From a virus (Duplodnaviria > Caudoviricetes), in IMG/VR virus record IMGVR_UViG_3300036820_000022, positions 1 to 58,220 of that record: a stretch of DNA of 58,220 nt, one strand, 5' to 3'. The position numbers were made by a program, and so were the translations under genes. Below, one piece after another: positions 1-8,884 of this stretch; within the stretch, counting starts at the first letter, position 1, and every line of letters starts with the position of its first letter. The notes beneath the pieces were generated by a model. It saw nothing but the letters and a program-made list of their open reading frames with translations, ran no database searches and had not been told where the DNA came from.

Positions 1-48
1 AATCTGGCGCGCGAAAGCGCTACGCTGGTTCGAATCCAGCCCTGCCCA
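1..48 (+). tRNA. 3' part of a class II tRNA, probably tRNA-Tyr (truncated by window edge)
   Basis: Long variable arm GCGC-GCGAAA-GCGC, T-arm GCTGG-TTCGAAT-CCAGC and acceptor 3' strand CCTGCCCA. Begins AATCT, as expected after a GTA anticodon; Tyr-Gly is a common tRNA cluster. The anticodon lies outside the window. Confidence 0.7.
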
Positions 49-52
49 GATC

Positions 53-126
53 GCGGGCGTTGCATAGTGGTAATGCCCTTGCCTTCCAAGCAAGAGTCGC
101 GGGTTCGATTCCCGCCGCCCGCTCCA
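53..126 (+). tRNA. tRNA-Gly (anticodon TCC), prophage integration target
   Basis: Full cloverleaf: acceptor GCGGGCG/CGCCCGC, D-arm GCAT..ATGC, anticodon arm CTTGC-CTTCCAA-GCAAG, T-arm GCGGG-TTCGATT-CCCGC, CCA end. Confidence 0.97.
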
Positions 127-127
127 G
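81..127 (+). repeat. attL core (47 bp, 3' half of tRNA-Gly)
   Basis: GCCTTCCAAGCAAGAGTCGCGGGTTCGATTCCCGCCGCCCGCTCCAG, identical to 58094..58140. Confidence 0.97.
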
Positions 128-160
128 AAAAAACGCCTTATTTTGTAAGGCTTTTTTCTT
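127..160. terminator. Probable bidirectional intrinsic terminator between tRNA and integrase 3' end
   Basis: A-tract, GCCTTA/TAAGGC stem, T-tract. Confidence 0.6.
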
Positions 161-1385
161 TCTTGGTCCGCTTGGCGGAAAGTGGCCGTGGGGCAACGTG
201 TGGGGCAGTAGCTGATTTTTGCTCACTCCCGATCTTCGCGAAGAGGTCGTCGAGTCGCTCGACCGCGTCGCCCACGCGCGAGCTGTACACGTGGCCGTAA
301 ACATCGAAGGTCGTCTTGATGGAGCTGTGCCCCATCCGGTCCCTCGCGATTTCCATCGGGACGCCGGCGAGCCCCATGAGCGCGTTCGCGGTGTGGCGCA
401 GCTCGTAGATCCGTAACTCGCGCGGGAACCGGTACTGCGTGTCGCCGGCCTCCCGCACGGCCTTCTCAGCCTCCTCGGCGGCGCGCACGAGCAACGGGCG
501 CCACCAATACGATCGAAGGCTCGTGAGGCGAATGAGGGCCCCCTGGCGGGTCGTAAAGACGGCGTCGCCGCTGCCTTCATCGAGGCATAGCTTTAGCCGC
601 CTGCGCAGCGCGTCGACGGCGATCGCCGGCAGATCAATCCGGCGCCGGCGCCGCTTCGTCTTGGTGGGCTCGAGGGTCGGGCGATAGCCGGTCGCTGCGG
701 TCGATACGAGGTCGGCCGTAACGAGCAGGTAGCCTTCGTCCAAGTGGACGTCGCGACGCCGAAGCGCGAGCAGTTCCGCCGGCCCCATCGTCGAGGTAAG
801 CGCCAAGATGACAAACGCCTCGAGGCGGTCGCCGCGCGCCGCCGCCAGTAGGAACCCGACTTCGGCCGGCGATAACGCGCGCATCTCTCGCCGCGGCATC
901 TTCGGAGGAGTAACGAGGGCGGCCGGATTGCGGGTAATAAGCTCGAGCTGCGTCGCCTCTCCGAGCACGCGTCGAAGCAGCGAATAGACCGCGCGCCGCA
1001 TCCGCGGGCCAACGTCGAGCTCGTCGATGTGCCGGCGCACGTCAACCGGCGTTATCTCGATGAGGCTCTTGGTCCCGAGCGATCCGAGGTGTTTGGACGT
1101 CCAACGGTAGTATTCGCGCGTGTTCGAACGCACGGGCGCCGTCTGAATCCATCGCTCCACGTATCGGGCAAGCGGCTCGAGGCTGCGTTCGTCGGTGCGC
1201 CGCTCGACGTAGGGTCGCATTTGCTCCTCGACTGCAACTCGGGCGCTGCGCGATCGGTCCGCGCGCCGGCCGAAAAACTTCTTGCGACTGCCGCGCGCAA
1301 TCGTAACCTGGGCGACATACCGGCCGTAGCTGTCGCTCCAATATACGGATCCCTCGCCGTTAGCGCGCTTTCGCTTCGCCGGCAA
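138..1385 (-). CDS. int: Tyrosine recombinase / phage integrase
   Basis: N-terminal KRANGEGSVY, YELRHT, RMGHSSIKTTFDVYGH with catalytic Tyr; adjacent to attL. Box I reads STMGPAEL instead of TGMRxxEL. Confidence 0.95.
   Translation of the reverse strand: MPAKRKRANGEGSVYWSDSYGRYVAQVTIARGSRKKFFGRRADRSRSARVAVEEQMRPYVERRTDERSLEPLARYVERWIQTAPVRSNTREYYRWTSKHLGSLGTKSLIEITPVDVRRHIDELDVGPRMRRAVYSLLRRVLGEATQLELITRNPAALVTPPKMPRREMRALSPAEVGFLLAAARGDRLEAFVILALTSTMGPAELLALRRRDVHLDEGYLLVTADLVSTAATGYRPTLEPTKTKRRRRRIDLPAIAVDALRRRLKLCLDEGSGDAVFTTRQGALIRLTSLRSYWWRPLLVRAAEEAEKAVREAGDTQYRFPRELRIYELRHTANALMGLAGVPMEIARDRMGHSSIKTTFDVYGHVYSSRVGDAVERLDDLFAKIGSEQKSATAPHVAPRPLSAKRTKKEKSLTK
186..212 (+). repeat. Putative integrase arm-type sites (GTGGGGCA x2)
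   Basis: CCGTGGGGCA (186) and GTGGGGCAGTAGC (200) match CCGTGGGGCAGTAGC at 58001, i.e. both sides of the reconstituted attP core. Confidence 0.65.
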
Positions 1386-1475
1386 TGGCTTTGGCAGCGC
1401 GTAGTAGGCGCCGCAGTTCGGGCGTGACTGTTAGGAACTCGATTCGTCCGTCAGCGTGTACTATCACGCTGCCTG

Positions 1476-1967
1476 CTAAGGCAGTTCGTTCCACTGATCT
1501 TGGAGTTGAATGAAACGCTTTTCCCATTGCGAGCACGACGCGCCGTTGTGATCACCAAAATACAGGGCCGAGCATTTCGATAAAAGCTGCACTGCTTGCT
1601 CAATCTCGACGCCGCTATTGTCGAGGCCCTTCCAGTGCAATAAGTATACGGACCACGCATTGAGAAGTGCGCCTTGATATACCGTGTTAGGGTCTTTCTT
1701 TTTGCAATATTTGTTGTAGTCTACGTCAACCGATTTGAAGGTTGTAACTTCCGTGGCGAGAGTTCTCTTAATTTCATCCGCTGAAATGGCTCCGACGCTG
1801 CGCCCTGCGGCGGCCGTTTCCATTAACATAAGCGACGAAGACATCAGCTCCGAAATCGGTAATGAGGCACAGGTAATTTTGGCTGTTGCCCGCGCCGGGA
1901 GGAGCCCAACGAAGGCGTTGGCCGAAACCGACACTGCAAGCGCCATGGCCCAGCTAATTATCCTCAT
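1476..1967 (-). CDS. Exported Cys-containing hypothetical protein (possible superinfection-exclusion / lysogenic gene)
   Basis: ATG 1967 with GGAGG upstream; signal-peptide-like MRIISWAMALAVSVSANAFVGLLPARA; lower GC; lies between cI and int. Confidence 0.7.
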   Translation of the reverse strand: MRIISWAMALAVSVSANAFVGLLPARATAKITCASLPISELMSSSLMLMETAAAGRSVGAISADEIKRTLATEVTTFKSVDVDYNKYCKKKDPNTVYQGALLNAWSVYLLHWKGLDNSGVEIEQAVQLLSKCSALYFGDHNGASCSQWEKRFIQLQDQWNELP

Positions 1968-2043
1968 TTTCCACAGCCTCCAAAAAGTTGCGAATAAGCA
2001 TGAGCAGAGATTCTTAAGGCGACCACGGTGGCACAAAACCGAG

Positions 2044-2057
2044 GGAACATGCGTTCG
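2044..2057. promoter_or_regulatory. LexA (Gram-positive-type SOS) box-like site
   Basis: GGAAC-ATGC-GTTCG versus the consensus CGAAC-RNRY-GTTCG (one mismatch). Confidence 0.55.
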
Positions 2058-2083
2058 TGGGAAGAACGAAACGACCACAGCCT

Positions 2084-2323
2084 ATGACAGCTGCGAACGT
2101 CATTGAGCTTTTCGATCCCGAGACGCGCGAGCGGCAGGCTTGCCTTTCTCTCGCGGCATGGCTTCGTTCGGAGGAGTTCCAGTGTTGGCCTCAGCCCGAG
2201 CACCAAGCACCGGCTCCAGGCGACCCCCGAGCTTATCAAGACGCTGATGCGCGCGAGCAATTTCTTTCCGGAGACCTTGGGCCCAAAGTGGTTCCTCTTC
2301 GCCGGAAGACCCCGGCGGCGTAG
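2084..2323 (+). CDS. Small protein antisense to the 3' third of cI (candidate antirepressor)
   Basis: ORF MTAANVIELFDP...KVVPLRRKTPAA directly downstream of the SOS-box-like site; overlaps cI on the opposite strand. Confidence 0.4.
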   Translation: MTAANVIELFDPETRERQACLSLAAWLRSEEFQCWPQPEHQAPAPGDPRAYQDADAREQFLSGDLGPKVVPLRRKTPAA

Positions 2324-2765
2324 CGGCGCCGCTTAGCTCGTCTCCTGTCTTTAGGCCGTCAACGAAGTTCCGGATGCTCCGCTGGCGCTGAGTCAAGCTG
2401 TCGTTCTCTTCTTCGACTATGTTCGAAGACTGCATGATCTTCGGAGCTACTCCAACCGCCTTCGCATCGGAAAAGAAATACTCGTACCACATTTCCTCGG
2501 CCGCATCGGACCCGAGGATCAAGCCATCGAAGCTAATCTTTAGCCGCTGAGCGGTCCTCGCCAGCAGTAGAACGTCGGGCAGATTATGGCCGTTCTCCCA
2601 GAGGGAGACAGACCCGCGGCTAGCCCCAATTTCATTCGCCAGCTCCTCTGACGTCAAATCGGCTCGTTCCCGAGCGTCGGCGATCCGGGCGCCAATTTCA
2701 GTAGCCAGCTGCTTGCGGACCACTTCGTCAAAGACCCCAGGCGGAATCCGCCGACGCTCGGGCAT
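2100..2765 (-). CDS. CI-like XRE-family repressor (no S24 peptidase domain recognised)
   Basis: IGARIADARERADLTSEELANEIGASRGSVSLWENGHNLPD is an XRE HTH; divergent from a cro-like gene. Confidence 0.85.
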   Translation of the reverse strand: MPERRRIPPGVFDEVVRKQLATEIGARIADARERADLTSEELANEIGASRGSVSLWENGHNLPDVLLLARTAQRLKISFDGLILGSDAAEEMWYEYFFSDAKAVGVAPKIMQSSNIVEEENDSLTQRQRSIRNFVDGLKTGDELSGAATPPGSSGEEEPLWAQGLRKEIARAHQRLDKLGGRLEPVLGARAEANTGTPPNEAMPREKGKPAARASRDRKAQ

Positions 2766-2809
2766 CCTGGATATTTCTAGGCATGCCAGTATTCTTTCTG
2801 TGCAGGGTA

Positions 2810-2839
2810 TTGCACATAACATGTCACGGATGTTATACT
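2810..2839 (+). promoter_or_regulatory. Early rightward sigma70-type promoter with palindromic operator
   Basis: TTGCAC (2810)-N18-TATACT (2834), ATG 8 nt downstream (leaderless); inverted repeat ATAACAT-N7-ATGTTAT at 2816..2836. Confidence 0.75.
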
Positions 2840-2847
2840 GCCGCGTA

Positions 2848-3087
2848 ATGGATGCTGAACAGGGCCAATCTCGGACGCTAGCATCGCTGCTTCAGCGATA
2901 CCGGGCAGACGCCATCGCTCAGGCGCTCGGCCGGTCGCGGTCGATAGCCCATGCCTGGCGCTCCGGGAAATATCTGCCTGACGTCGCCGCTCTCCCTGAG
3001 TTAGCCCTCTTCTTACGGATGGATCTAGAGGAACTCACGAGGATCGTCGCTGCCGATGCGAACGCGCGAAAAGCCGAGGTCGCCTAA
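2848..3087 (+). CDS. Cro-like HTH regulator
   Basis: ADAIAQALGRSRSIAHAWRSGKYLP HTH; divergent from cI. Confidence 0.8.
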   Translation: MDAEQGQSRTLASLLQRYRADAIAQALGRSRSIAHAWRSGKYLPDVAALPELALFLRMDLEELTRIVAADANARKAEVA

Positions 3088-3089
3088 CC

Positions 3090-3410
3090 ATGACGACCAC
3101 CCTAGCGCCTGGGCGCCCCGCGCGCCTAAATCAGGCGGCCGAACCCAAGGTTAGGCGCCGCTCCGGCCGCCCGATCGCGGACCTGGTCTCGGCTTTCGAG
3201 ACCGCATTTGAAGCGCTCGTCGTCGAGAAAGATGACGCCGCGGTTATGCTGCGCGGCCTCGCAATGTTGTCGGCGGTCCACCGCCAGCTTCGCGCGCTTT
3301 CGGATCACTTAAGCGAACGCGCGGAACGGCTGCGCGGTCTCATTCCAGTGCAGAGCGAGATTGTTAAATCTCTCGATCGCGAGCTTTGCGCGCGGACGGC
3401 GGCGCGATGA
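3090..3410 (+). CDS. Hypothetical early protein
   Basis: Tightly packed ORF in the early operon; helical composition. Confidence 0.6.
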   Translation: MTTTLAPGRPARLNQAAEPKVRRRSGRPIADLVSAFETAFEALVVEKDDAAVMLRGLAMLSAVHRQLRALSDHLSERAERLRGLIPVQSEIVKSLDRELCARTAAR

Positions 3411-3685
3411 ACACGGCGCCAGAAAAGCCCGCGCGTCGGAAGCGTTCCAAACGTTTCCAGAGTCGAGCGCCTCTGATGACCGCCGCAGAGCGCAAGCTTA
3501 TGGCCGAGGGCTACGCCACCGTCCAGGAAGCCACGAAGTACCTCCGCTGTTGCAAGACGCGGACGTATGAACTGATCCACGGCGGCATCCTATCGCATGC
3601 GCGCCACGGTGGCAGGTTCGTCATTCCGTGGGCCGCAGTCAAGAGTTACGCGCGGCAATGCCTCGTCATTGGAAAGATCGCCTAA
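3407..3685 (+). CDS. xis: Excisionase-like HTH protein
   Basis: YATVQEATKYLRCCKTRTYELIHGGILSHARHGGRFVIP fits the HTH_17/Xis pattern. Confidence 0.8.
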   Translation: MNTAPEKPARRKRSKRFQSRAPLMTAAERKLMAEGYATVQEATKYLRCCKTRTYELIHGGILSHARHGGRFVIPWAAVKSYARQCLVIGKIA

Positions 3686-3855
3686 TGCAGCGTCTTATCG
3701 ACTCTGTTTTACTGACCATAATTCTCGCGATGCTCGCCGCCGCGCAAGAACCGCACTACCATTTGATTTCCAACTTCATCGCCAACGCGCAGCAGGTTCG
3801 CGCGGAGATCGCGACTACCGCCAACACGTTTAACGCAGTCGCGGGGGCGTTGTGA
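3685..3855 (+). CDS. Small membrane-anchored hypothetical protein
   Basis: TAATG overlap with xis; hydrophobic N-terminus. Confidence 0.5.
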   Translation: MQRLIDSVLLTIILAMLAAAQEPHYHLISNFIANAQQVRAEIATTANTFNAVAGAL

Positions 3856-4009
3856 ACGACGCGATGGACCTTGGCTACAAGCCGCACGACACCCCCGAAC
3901 TCCGCGACGGCAAGTTCATATTTCGGCGCATTACGCCTGCGCTTCGCCGCCTGCTGCGCGCTGCCAGAGCCATTGCGGCAGAGCGCGCCGAGAAGAAGAG
4001 CGCCGCCTG

Positions 4010-4243
4010 ATGGAGACGCCGGGCCTGAGCGATGTCCTCGCGATTAGTTGCTTGTCTGAAGTTGCCCGTCGCGCTGGTATCACTCGCACGCGCATCTTTC
4101 GCTTCCGGTGGCGGACGGCGCAAGCGCAACAGTCGCTCATCGAGCCGTTGGCCCAGGCGCTCTACCGCACTCCAGATTTCATTCGCGCCGCGATCGAGAT
4201 AGATCGCCGCCGCATCGAGCAATCACGCAAGGAGAAGAAGTAA
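4010..4243 (+). CDS. Small HTH-like protein
   Basis: LSEVARRAGITRTRIF motif; overlapping start/stop codons. Confidence 0.55.
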   Translation: METPGLSDVLAISCLSEVARRAGITRTRIFRFRWRTAQAQQSLIEPLAQALYRTPDFIRAAIEIDRRRIEQSRKEKK

Positions 4244-4452
4244 TGCAGTGCCATGTCTGCGGCAAGTTCTGTGAAACTGACGGCGACCTCGGCGTCGAGT
4301 ACGGTTCGAGCCCGGTTGTCGTCCCGCTTCACGGCGAGAGCATCAAATGCGCGGAATGCTTCGAGGTAGTGCATTGCACCTGTGCCCGCGGCACGGTATG
4401 CATCGCCTGCGAGATGAGCACCGCACCGCTGCCTGCAGGGTTTATCTCTTGA
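4243..4452 (+). CDS. Cys-rich zinc-finger protein
   Basis: CHVC, CAEC, HCTC, CIAC; RBS AAGGAG upstream. Confidence 0.6.
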   Translation: MQCHVCGKFCETDGDLGVEYGSSPVVVPLHGESIKCAECFEVVHCTCARGTVCIACEMSTAPLPAGFIS

Positions 4453-4745
4453 CTCTCGTGTTCGCTGCAGTCGCGGCTCTAGCCGTTGACGCCGTCGGGC
4501 TCGTCCTCGTCTTTTCGGTGGGCTATCACGTTGCCAAGCGCGTCGGCGAGCGGCAGATGCGCACGTCGTTCGTCGCGATTAACCGGGCGCTGATCGAGCT
4601 TCCGCCTTTAGAGCGCGAGCGCATTATCAAGGCCGCGCCGGACAAGATCGTCGGGCTGCTTCAAGCGGCGACCATGCGGCGCAAGGCTGCGGCTGCCAAG
4701 GCGCAGGGCGATGCTCAAGCGGTAGCTGCGGAGCGGCGGGCGTAA
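4449..4745 (+). CDS. Hypothetical protein with N-terminal TM helix
   Basis: TTG start overlapping the upstream stop; hydrophobic N-terminus. Confidence 0.5.
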   Translation: MTLVFAAVAALAVDAVGLVLVFSVGYHVAKRVGERQMRTSFVAINRALIELPPLERERIIKAAPDKIVGLLQAATMRRKAAAAKAQGDAQAVAAERRA

Positions 4746-5041
4746 TGAATCAGCGTTCGCTTTTCGACCCTACCATCGACGCGCGGTTTACGGAGTTTCA
4801 CCGTGAGAACCCGGGCGTCTACGCTTTGCTCGTTAGCCTCGCGCGTCAAGCGAAGGCTGTCGGCAAAACGCGTATCGGCATAAAAGCGCTGTGGGAAACA
4901 ATGCACTGGAACGTTTGGCTGAATACCGACGAAGAGCCGCGGTTCAATAACAGCTACGTGTCTCGTTACGCCAGGCTGATCGTTGACAACGAGCCAGATA
5001 TAGCGCCGATGATCGCGCTTCGAAGGCTGAGGGCAGCGTGA
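4745..5041 (+). CDS. Phage hypothetical protein
   Basis: FTEFHRENPGVY...FNNSYVSRYARL, resembles a recurrent phage family; coupled stops/starts. Confidence 0.7.
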   Translation: MNQRSLFDPTIDARFTEFHRENPGVYALLVSLARQAKAVGKTRIGIKALWETMHWNVWLNTDEEPRFNNSYVSRYARLIVDNEPDIAPMIALRRLRAA

Positions 5042-5514
5042 AAGAGCAGGTTGGCGAGTTTACTCGCATCCTCGCGTTCGAACCTGGCTATGATAAGCGG
5101 GACGACGGCTATGGTGTTTACGGGATGAACCTGCGCTTCGTCCTCAAGGGCGAGCTTGGCGCCGTTCAGTTTCTGCTCTACACCGACTTCGATGTAAGCT
5201 CACTGCGCGAAGGTATTACGGGTCGCAGCAGCCGCGCCGTCGGCCCGATGCCCGCAGGCTTAGGATATCACGCGCTTAAGCCGTTGCGCGACGGCCAATG
5301 CGCTTCAGATTGCGAGTACGTCGAGGGCGGGAAGTGCTACTACGATGGCTCCGGGCTTAACGCTGAGGATCCGTTCGATATTCTCACCGACGACGGTGAG
5401 CCCGCGCTTTGGAAGTTTCTTGAGCAATACTACCGCGCGACGTTTGAACGCGCGGGATATCCGCCCGAGCTTGGGCGTCGATGGAAGCAACACTCTCAGG
5501 TGGCATCACAATGA
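5038..5514 (+). CDS. Phage hypothetical protein
   Basis: Coupled ORF with GYH...C..CYYDGSGL motif. Confidence 0.65.
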   Translation: MKEQVGEFTRILAFEPGYDKRDDGYGVYGMNLRFVLKGELGAVQFLLYTDFDVSSLREGITGRSSRAVGPMPAGLGYHALKPLRDGQCASDCEYVEGGKCYYDGSGLNAEDPFDILTDDGEPALWKFLEQYYRATFERAGYPPELGRRWKQHSQVASQ

Positions 5515-6674
5515 ATCAAAGTGTGTCGCGCGGCATCCCCATGTCCGCGAGTGCCTCTCGCCAGCGGGAGGACGATGCAATATCGCTGGCAACAAACGCA
5601 CGAACCGAGGAACTGAGTGGGCTGGAAAATGTCAGGTTCCAGCCCCCTCAGGGGTCTGCTTTGAGTAGCGCGCTTGCCGTCCGCCCCGATTGGGTTGATC
5701 TCTCCGATCTGCCCGCGGGCGTTGACCCGTTCGCCATCGCCGTATCCCGGACCGCACTGACGATTCCGCAATGGCTCTCCGTGCGCCGAACGGGCGTCGC
5801 GGCATCCGAGATCGCGTCCGTGCTTGGCGAGAGCAGCTTTAAGACGCCATTCGCACTTTTCATGGAAAAACTCGGCGAATGGGAGCCCGACGATCTTTCC
5901 GATAACGAGGCCGTCGAAATCGGGATCGACCTCGAAGAGTATTGCGGCCGCAAGTTCGCCGAGCGCACGGGGCGCAAGGTCCGCCGCGACAACTTCCTTC
6001 GCCGATGCGCCGAGCACCCGTTCCTGATCGCCGACGTTGACTTCGACGTCGTCGCTGAAGATGGCCAAGCGCCGGAGATCGCCGAGTGCAAGACGTCGCT
6101 CGGACGTGCGGCTTTCACTGATCTTTGGGGCGATGGGCCCTCGGACGTTCCGAACTCCTACGTGCTGCAAGTTATGCAGCAGCTCGTCGTGAAGGGCCGC
6201 AAGCGCGGTTGGATTCCCGCGCTGCTCGCCGGGCCGCGCGTCAAAGTCTACGTCGTCGAGTACCGCGCCGACCTGGCCGACATTATCGTCGAAGCCGCGC
6301 GCGAGTTCTACCAGCGCATGATCGACCGCAACCCGCCGCCGGTGACGTCGCTCGCCGACGCCAAGCGCGCCTTCCCGACGTCGCGCGCCATCGAAGTTCA
6401 GGCCAGCGCTGAGATCGCCGGGGCTGTTGCTGAACTCGTCGCCGCTAAGGCCGTCGAGAAGTCCGACAAAGCGCGCGTCGAGGAACTGCAAGGGAAGATC
6501 GCCGGCTTCATGGCCGATGGCGACACCCTCATGCTCGGCCGCACACGGCTTCTCACTTACAAAAACGTCGAGCGCTCGGGCTACACCGTTGCGCCGTCAA
6601 CTACACGGCAGTTTCGCCTCTCTAGCGCCACTGCTAACCCGCGTCCGTTTCGCCCGCGTGGCGACAAGGAGTAA
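5511..6674 (+). CDS. YqaJ/lambda-exonuclease-family recombination nuclease
   Basis: WLSVRRTGVAASEIASVLG, G.DLE, HPFLIADVD, ECKT, Y..Q..QQ motifs. Start position uncertain. Confidence 0.9.
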   Translation: MNQSVSRGIPMSASASRQREDDAISLATNARTEELSGLENVRFQPPQGSALSSALAVRPDWVDLSDLPAGVDPFAIAVSRTALTIPQWLSVRRTGVAASEIASVLGESSFKTPFALFMEKLGEWEPDDLSDNEAVEIGIDLEEYCGRKFAERTGRKVRRDNFLRRCAEHPFLIADVDFDVVAEDGQAPEIAECKTSLGRAAFTDLWGDGPSDVPNSYVLQVMQQLVVKGRKRGWIPALLAGPRVKVYVVEYRADLADIIVEAAREFYQRMIDRNPPPVTSLADAKRAFPTSRAIEVQASAEIAGAVAELVAAKAVEKSDKARVEELQGKIAGFMADGDTLMLGRTRLLTYKNVERSGYTVAPSTTRQFRLSSATANPRPFRPRGDKE

Positions 6675-6680
6675 ACGTAC

Positions 6681-7808
6681 ATGAGTACCACTGCCGCAGA
6701 CAAGCCGACCAACGGCGCGGCGATCGTTCCGACCGACCCTAATCCGTTTGGCACCCGTCGGGCGCCCAGCAACGCCGCAGTTGAAGTCGAGAGCCAGCGC
6801 GCGATCGCCGAGACGCAAGCGGCCATGGTCATCGCGCAGCGCTTCCCTCGCGATCCCGTCGTCGGGATGGACCGCATTCTTCAAGCCTTTACGCGCACGA
6901 CGCTGGCCGAAAAGGCGCTCTACACGTACGCCCGCGGCGGGACAGATATCACCGGCCCGTCGATCCGCGCAGCCGAAGCGATCGCCCAAGATTGGGGCAA
7001 TATGCAGTTCGGCATCCGCGAGCTAGAGCAGCGCAGCGGCGAGAGCACCGTCGAAGCCTTTGCCTGGGACGTCGAACGAAACACGCGTTCGACCAAGGTC
7101 TTTCAGGTCAAGCACATTCGGCACACCAAAAAGGGTCAATACCGACTCGAAGATCCGCGCGACATATACGAACTCGTCGCCAACCAGGGCGCCCGACGGC
7201 TGCGCGCCTGCATCCTTTCGATCATCCCGGGCGACGTTATCGAAGCTGCGGTGAAGCAAGCCGAGAAAACGCTTCAGACCAAGGTCGAGCTAACGCCGGA
7301 AAAGATTCAGTCGATGCTCGATATGTTTGGGTCGATCGGCGTGTCGCGCCGGATGCTCGAAGCGAAGATTCAGCGGCGCATCGAGGCAATCACGCCGGCG
7401 CTCGTCGTGCAACTCGGGAAGATCTACAACTCCATCGAGGACGGCATGAGCGGGGTTCAGGATCACTTCGAGATCGAAGAGCAGGCCGCCGACGATGCCA
7501 GCGGCAAGTCGCGCACCGACGCGCTAGCCGATAAGCTGAAGGCTAGGCAGAAACCTGAAGCCGCAGCGCCACCGGCCGAACAAGAGAAGGTCGCGCCGGC
7601 TGCCGAGCAGATCGACGACAAATCGGTTCGCGCCGAGCTGCGGACGAAGATCGCCAAGCTTTGGGAGCACCTTCCGCTCAAAAAGCGCGAGGCCATCCTC
7701 AAGGCAGAGTATCCGAAGCAAAACTCGATCATCGACCTTGCGACCGACCAACTCATCGAGTTCCACGATAAGCTTCCTGAACTGCTCACGCAGGGCGAAG
7801 AAGAGTGA
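6681..7808 (+). CDS. Putative single-strand annealing recombinase (partner of YqaJ)
   Basis: AETQAAMVIAQRFPRD...GPSIRAAEAIAQDWGN; position after the exonuclease. Function inferred from synteny. Confidence 0.7.
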   Translation: MSTTAADKPTNGAAIVPTDPNPFGTRRAPSNAAVEVESQRAIAETQAAMVIAQRFPRDPVVGMDRILQAFTRTTLAEKALYTYARGGTDITGPSIRAAEAIAQDWGNMQFGIRELEQRSGESTVEAFAWDVERNTRSTKVFQVKHIRHTKKGQYRLEDPRDIYELVANQGARRLRACILSIIPGDVIEAAVKQAEKTLQTKVELTPEKIQSMLDMFGSIGVSRRMLEAKIQRRIEAITPALVVQLGKIYNSIEDGMSGVQDHFEIEEQAADDASGKSRTDALADKLKARQKPEAAAPPAEQEKVAPAAEQIDDKSVRAELRTKIAKLWEHLPLKKREAILKAEYPKQNSIIDLATDQLIEFHDKLPELLTQGEEE

Positions 7809-8521
7809 GAATCGACGAGGCGACGTTCGTGATCTTTGATGTGGAGAGCACGGGGCTCGATCCAGACAAAGACGAGGTGGTGGAAGTTGCGGCGGTAGCG
7901 ACGTCGCTCTCCAACCCGCTGCTGGGAATGTGGTCGTCGCTCGTCAAGCCGTCGATACCGATTCCGCCCGAAGTCAGCGCCATCCACGGTATCACCGACG
8001 ATGACGTTGTCGGCGCGCAGCCGTGGCCGGAGGTGCTGAAGCAGCTCCACGCCTTCCTTGCGCCGTTGTCGCCGATCGCGAAAGTATCGCACAATTTCGC
8101 TTTCGACTCAGGCTTCTTACACACGCGCAACGGCATCTGCACGGCGCGCCTAGCCCAGCACCTATGGAGCGGGGCGCCCAACTACAAGAACAACACCTTG
8201 CGCTTCTGGAGGGGCTTGCAACCCGAAACCTTTGGCATTGCGGCACATCGAGCGCTTGGCGATTCGCTCGTTACCACCGCGCTGCTGCGCGACGAACTGA
8301 CCTCGCCGGAGTTCCAAGCCCTAAAGATCGACGACGTCGAGGCGCTGATTGAATACGCCGAGACGCCGATTCTGTTCGATGCTTGGCCTTTCGGAAAACA
8401 TAAGGGCCAGCCGATTGACGCTGCGGATTGGAGTTATATCCGTTGGTGCCTTGAGAAGATGCCCGACCTTTCGCGCGATATGCGCTACACCCTCGAACTT
8501 CAACTAAAAGGAGCCGCGTAA
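7805..8521 (+). CDS. DEDDh 3'-5' exonuclease (DnaQ/ExoX-like)
   Basis: IFDVESTG, HGIT, HNFAFD, HRALGD; C-terminal PFGKHKG motif. Confidence 0.92.
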   Translation: MRIDEATFVIFDVESTGLDPDKDEVVEVAAVATSLSNPLLGMWSSLVKPSIPIPPEVSAIHGITDDDVVGAQPWPEVLKQLHAFLAPLSPIAKVSHNFAFDSGFLHTRNGICTARLAQHLWSGAPNYKNNTLRFWRGLQPETFGIAAHRALGDSLVTTALLRDELTSPEFQALKIDDVEALIEYAETPILFDAWPFGKHKGQPIDAADWSYIRWCLEKMPDLSRDMRYTLELQLKGAA

Positions 8522-8523
8522 CT

Positions 8524-8877
8524 ATGCTCCTCCTCGACCCGACGACACAGCCCGACTTCTTTGTCTCCCGAGCTAACCGAACCAGAACCGAACTCCTCGC
8601 CAACCGACGCCGTTTCCAACGTGAGGGCGTAACGCTCGTCGCGGGCGATCGTAACTCCCTGTTCTTTCTCCCGATCGAAGCGCGCCGATCGATTGCCGTG
8701 CGGCCTGGGGTTAGACTCTCAGATTTCCAGCCCTCGACGTTCGATCAGATCCTAGACGGCGCGCTTAAAGGCGCATTCGCGAAGTTCGGAACCGTTCTCT
8801 ATCCATTCGCTTTTGGTTTACTGGCCGTGATGGTCGCGGTCCAAATCTACATACATTTCCATCCTTCCATTCCGTAG
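8524..8877 (+). CDS. Hypothetical protein with C-terminal TM helix
   Basis: RBS AAGGAG upstream; hydrophobic C-terminus. Confidence 0.55.
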   Translation: MLLLDPTTQPDFFVSRANRTRTELLANRRRFQREGVTLVAGDRNSLFFLPIEARRSIAVRPGVRLSDFQPSTFDQILDGALKGAFAKFGTVLYPFAFGLLAVMVAVQIYIHFHPSIP

Positions 8878-8884
8878 AGGAACT

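Noticed and set aside
5496-6491. Long antisense ORFs opposite real genes (e.g. 5496..6491, 28734..29486, 29709..30584, 32511..33290, 34351..35004)
   Set aside because: In-register shadow ORFs typical of high-GC codon bias, with no recognisable motifs. Only the one inside the intein carries a coherent protein family signature.
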